Part shown: in pieces, positions 60,344-64,000 of the stretch
Position numbering within the stretch: the first letter of the stretch is position 1
Layout of the letters: each line of letters begins with the position of its first letter
Source of the DNA: Raillietiella orientalis
Taxonomy: Eukaryota
Reading direction: 5' to 3'
Assembly: GCA_036172245.1 (NCBI GenBank)
Contig: JAYWIR010000067.1
Coordinates: forward strand, 186,001-250,000
Length of the DNA: 64,000 bases
Translations under genes and position numbers: made by a program
The notes under the pieces: model-generated
Databases searched by the model: none
Told to the model about the DNA's origin: nothing
What the model saw: the letters and a program-made list of their open reading frames with translations, nothing else

Positions 60344-63300
60344 CTGCAAACGAAAACCTGAGGACTCGAAGGGGAGGGGGGAAGCATTACTCCGATTCAG
60401 ACAGCTGCTCTCGGTGAAAATTCATCAGAATAAATGCCAATTTCTTCGCGTGGCACTCTCGCAGGAACGACTCAATTAATTATCGTCGCACGGCGTCATC
60501 GCCATCCTCCTCGAGAAAGAATATGCACGGAGGATCGATTTCAACTTCGCGAAATCGAAGACATGAAATCCATGAAGACATGAATCGCTTATGAAATCCG
60601 CCATCTTGGAAACGTCCGTTTTTTTCAACAATGGAAGCACGCCTCCCTTCCCCTTCCTCCCTCGTGCTTCCTGGGCCTCTTGGCCCAGTGGTGAATCTTG
60701 GGAAGAGTAAAAACTAAAAGCGCAATCAAATAAACGAAATTGAGGATATGACGAAAACAAATCGACTTGATGCGGAATCAGGTTACGCGATCCATCTAAT
60801 TGGAATTAATCCCCAATTGGATTCCGGCGACAAAGAAAAAAAGAAAGTGCCGATTAATTTTATCATCAGAAAGAAAAAAAACAAATGCACAGACAACAAG
60901 CATTTCGTTTCATCATTCTTTGGTACCCTACCCAGTTTCAGTATCGCCCCTATTTTGGGGCCAACTGACGCGAAAGGATACTTCACTTTAGATTTTGTGA
61001 TCATGAAAAAGAGAGGGAGAGAGGGAGAAAAAACTGGACTGAAACGATGTTCTTCGTTACAAATGATGAATAGCAGGAGTCTCCAATTCGCAGGATTCTT
61101 CAACGGCTTGGCGCGACCTTTTTTGCTTCATGCATTTTCCAACGGTGTCCGGGGCCGTCGACAGCGGCAGAAAAAGTTGTTTGCGCTGAGCCATGTCGTT
61201 GCCACCATCGTCCGAGCCCTCAGACGATTCTAGATTAGCATTGATATCAGCATCATCTCGCATCCTCAGATGTTGGAACACTCTCAGGAACATTAATAAA
61301 GTGGCGAAGAGCTTCTGAAAGCCATTTCCGAGGGAATGCGGATTTCCAAACTGATGTCTTCAGTCGACTCGCTCTTCATTGATCATTTTCTCCTGATGAC
61401 TTTACAGATCCAGCTTCCTTGTTACTGATAGCAACTGCAGTCCGACTTACTCTGGCGTTTCCTTCACAGGCGTAATGGTGATTTGAAAAAAACCTTTCGG
61501 CATCGGCATTCTGGCTCACAAATATGTTTGGGGAACAGTGACCAATGTGTTTGTTTTTATCTTACTGAAAGGTCGGGTAAGCCGCCTCCAGGTGGCATCC
61601 TTGAATTAGGCGCCCTAGGAAGCAAACAAACCAAGAATTCGTTGTTTCGTTTCATCTCTACGAAAGGTTCAGTCGTCTCATATCAACGAATCCTCTATCT
61701 ATCTAACTCGATCTCTTGTTGCGTTCCTTCTTACATCCAGGCACCTTCCACATGCCTCAAAGACACGTAAATCAACATCGGAATCTGTTTGGCAGAAGGT
61801 CGTTCATCTTTTGGAGCAGCTGCGAGTGGATAAGGTCGCGAGGTCCTTTTCCGGCACACGAATGGGCTGTTGCCTTTGGAAACTTCACTTCCAGGTGTCG
61901 AGACTGAAAATGCAGCCAAGCCACCAGCACCTGGTTCATCTTTTGGACTGGGGTTTCCTCTGGACCACCAGCAGGGAACGGATGGCCGAGTGCTCAAGAG
62001 ACTTGGCGAAGCGGAGCCTTGCAACCACTTTGTCCACCCAGCGATCCTTTGCAAGGCTGCCACTCCGCAGGAGCGATCCCAAGAACCGATTCGATTCTCA
62101 AAGTTGTACTCTGATCCACTGGAAGTCTATTGCGGCTGCGGGGCGACAGGCGGTTTCACGCGGTTTCTTCCTGACAGCTCGGCACTCCGGTCAGAAGGCG
62201 ACCTCGCGCGATGACGCGGTTGCACGTTGTACTTGCTCGGACTCGCGCGCTTCCTGATTCACGGTCAATCCTCCTACCATCTTGGGGAAACAACCTGACT
62301 CCTTTGGTTCATGAGGACATTATTGGGCATTATCCGCTACTCCTGATGCCACTGCTCGCCTCCGGGGAACTGGCGCCTTTTTGGATGCTTGGCGCACTTT
62401 CTGGCAAGAATGACCCGAGAGGGCGCTTCAACATCACGCTTCGACCTCACAAGTTCACAAACGCGATAAAAAGCTCTTGTTGACATGTAAGGTAATAAGG
62501 TGTGCATTCGATGTGCTCGCACTGTGCAATGCATGGTGTCCGACGCTTTTGACAGGTGCGATAGCCTGCCGGCCTTCTTTCCGGGTCGTAGAAGAAGTCA
62601 GCAGAGCGGTGCGATTTGCAGAATGCTCAGTTCTTCAGCGGCACACCGTGCGCGCGGCATGGATTGAGCTGTGCGGCCGCGAGCAACGTCTCAACCGCAG
62701 CAGTTTTCCAGGTCAGTGTTTTTGTGCAGCCTCTCCGACAAAAGGAGCATTCCTCCTCCCCTGCGAATGGCATCCTAACTCACTGCGCGCAAGTTCTTTT
62801 CCAAAGTTCGGCTTCCAAGTGACGCGAGCGACACGTGCGACGGACGAACGACTTTCCAGATTCGTCTGCAGACGGAGATCAGCACCGGGCCAGTCGTGAG
62901 GATTACACAAATCGCTTTCCGCTCGGGAGGGTACGCGTGCGACGCTGCCAGAGTTCCGGACGGAGGATTCGCGAATTCTTTTTCAATTCCTGCCAAGAGT
63001 GAGCTACCCTTTGACATGCTCCATTAGCAGAGATGCTGGTGGAGCTGCCACTCCGTGCGTCGGCATGTGCTGGGAAAAATCGAACCCGACCACGGGGGAG
63101 ATTCAGAGTAGCACATTGATCATCCAGGGAAACGCGCCGCCGTTCGCTTCGAGCGGTCCCGCGAAGTAACTTCGCCGCGGCGCTGCGGAGGAAGCGCGAC
63201 TTGGCGCGTCTTCCGCCTCTCGGAAGCGTGCGAGGTGCTATGCCACGCGTGCAGGCAGGCAGGGGCGATGGTGACTCGCCGGTCACCGTCCACTGCGTGC

Positions 63301-63380
63301 GGATCCCTGCCGTACTCATCGGTAGACCCTCTGATAGAGCTGCTGCTTGCCCTTGTCGGGCCTAAAGAGGCGTTTCAAAG

Positions 63381-63648
63381 GAGAACAGATAGAGGTGGAA
63401 CCATGGCTAGTTCCGCGGAGGAAGTAAAATAGAGGTAGCACGATGGCTAGTTCCATATCAAAGATTAAGAACATGATAGTAATCGAGAAGAATCGGATAG
63501 AAATGGGAAGAAATGCGTTAGTTCCGGGTTCGGATCTGCATTCAAAAGGGGATAAAGTATTGTAGTTGAATGGTAGTGTAGGCTCAATGACTAGAGTAAA
63601 TGAAGAAATGGCGACAGTAGTTCATAAGGAAGGCAGGGTAAATTTTAT
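63381..63648 (-). pseudogene. nad3: NUMT: nuclear copy of mitochondrial NADH dehydrogenase subunit 3
   Basis: In the invertebrate mitochondrial code, from ATA at 63648: MKFTLPSLWTTVAISSFTLVIEPTLPFNYNTLSPFECSSEPGTNAFLPISIRFFSITIMFLIFDMELAIVLPLF. This matches the ND3 signature SPFECGF.P....LP.S.RFF...I.FLIFD.E.A..LP, with an in-frame TGA read as Trp and a G-poor coding strand. Confidence 0.85.
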
Positions 63649-64000
63649 TCATTTAGGGAAGAGATAAGATGGTGAAACAGCTAATTGACAGTTGTTGAAA
63701 TCCATGGAGTTACCTCGTTAAGCAAGCGAGTCACTGATTGATTGCTGTGCGTTACTGAATATTCAGATTGAAAATTTTTGCTTGAGAAACAAATATTTCA
63801 ACTATAATTTTTATGTCTTTTCAGCTTATGGAAGGTTAAAAAAAAAAAAAAAAAAAAATGCGCAGCAACCAAAACGTGGGCGACACGTGGGTGTGCCCGA
63901 GGGTGCTGCATCGGGAAGTTGTTCCGCTCACCATCTTTTTTTCGGGAAGACAAGGACAACAGGGGCGATGGGTTGGCCCCGAGCTGTTTTTTTTTTTCCG

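Overview
Eukaryotic (animal, most likely arthropod; not assignable further from sequence alone) nuclear DNA with GT-AG introns, many of them only 43-49 nt. Four spliced genes were reconstructed by hand: a long supervillin-like gene (- strand, at least 3243-21296, 3' part probably outside the window), SmB/SNRPB (- strand, 26497-28775), a PLD6/Zucchini-like nuclease (+ strand, 31485-33361) and RNF41/Nrdp1 (+ strand, 40496-44780). Downstream of RNF41 (45-58.5 kb) is a dense cluster of decayed non-LTR retrotransposons: one NeSL/Utopia-like REL element and several copies of one L1/Tx1-clade family, mostly on the - strand. It also holds a partial RNF41 duplicate and a ~120-bp-arm inverted repeat. 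A mitochondrial nd3 insertion (NUMT) lies near the right end. Composition is a sharp mosaic of CpG-depleted and CpG-rich blocks. The strongest leads are: a conserved ~30-nt 3'-terminal motif shared by four diverged L1-like copies; an L1 insertion whose empty site is also in the window and whose flanks show one-sided CpG decay; and the long inverted repeat. No complete new system can be proven from the sequence alone. Most ORFs in the supplied track are spurious products of GC-rich DNA.
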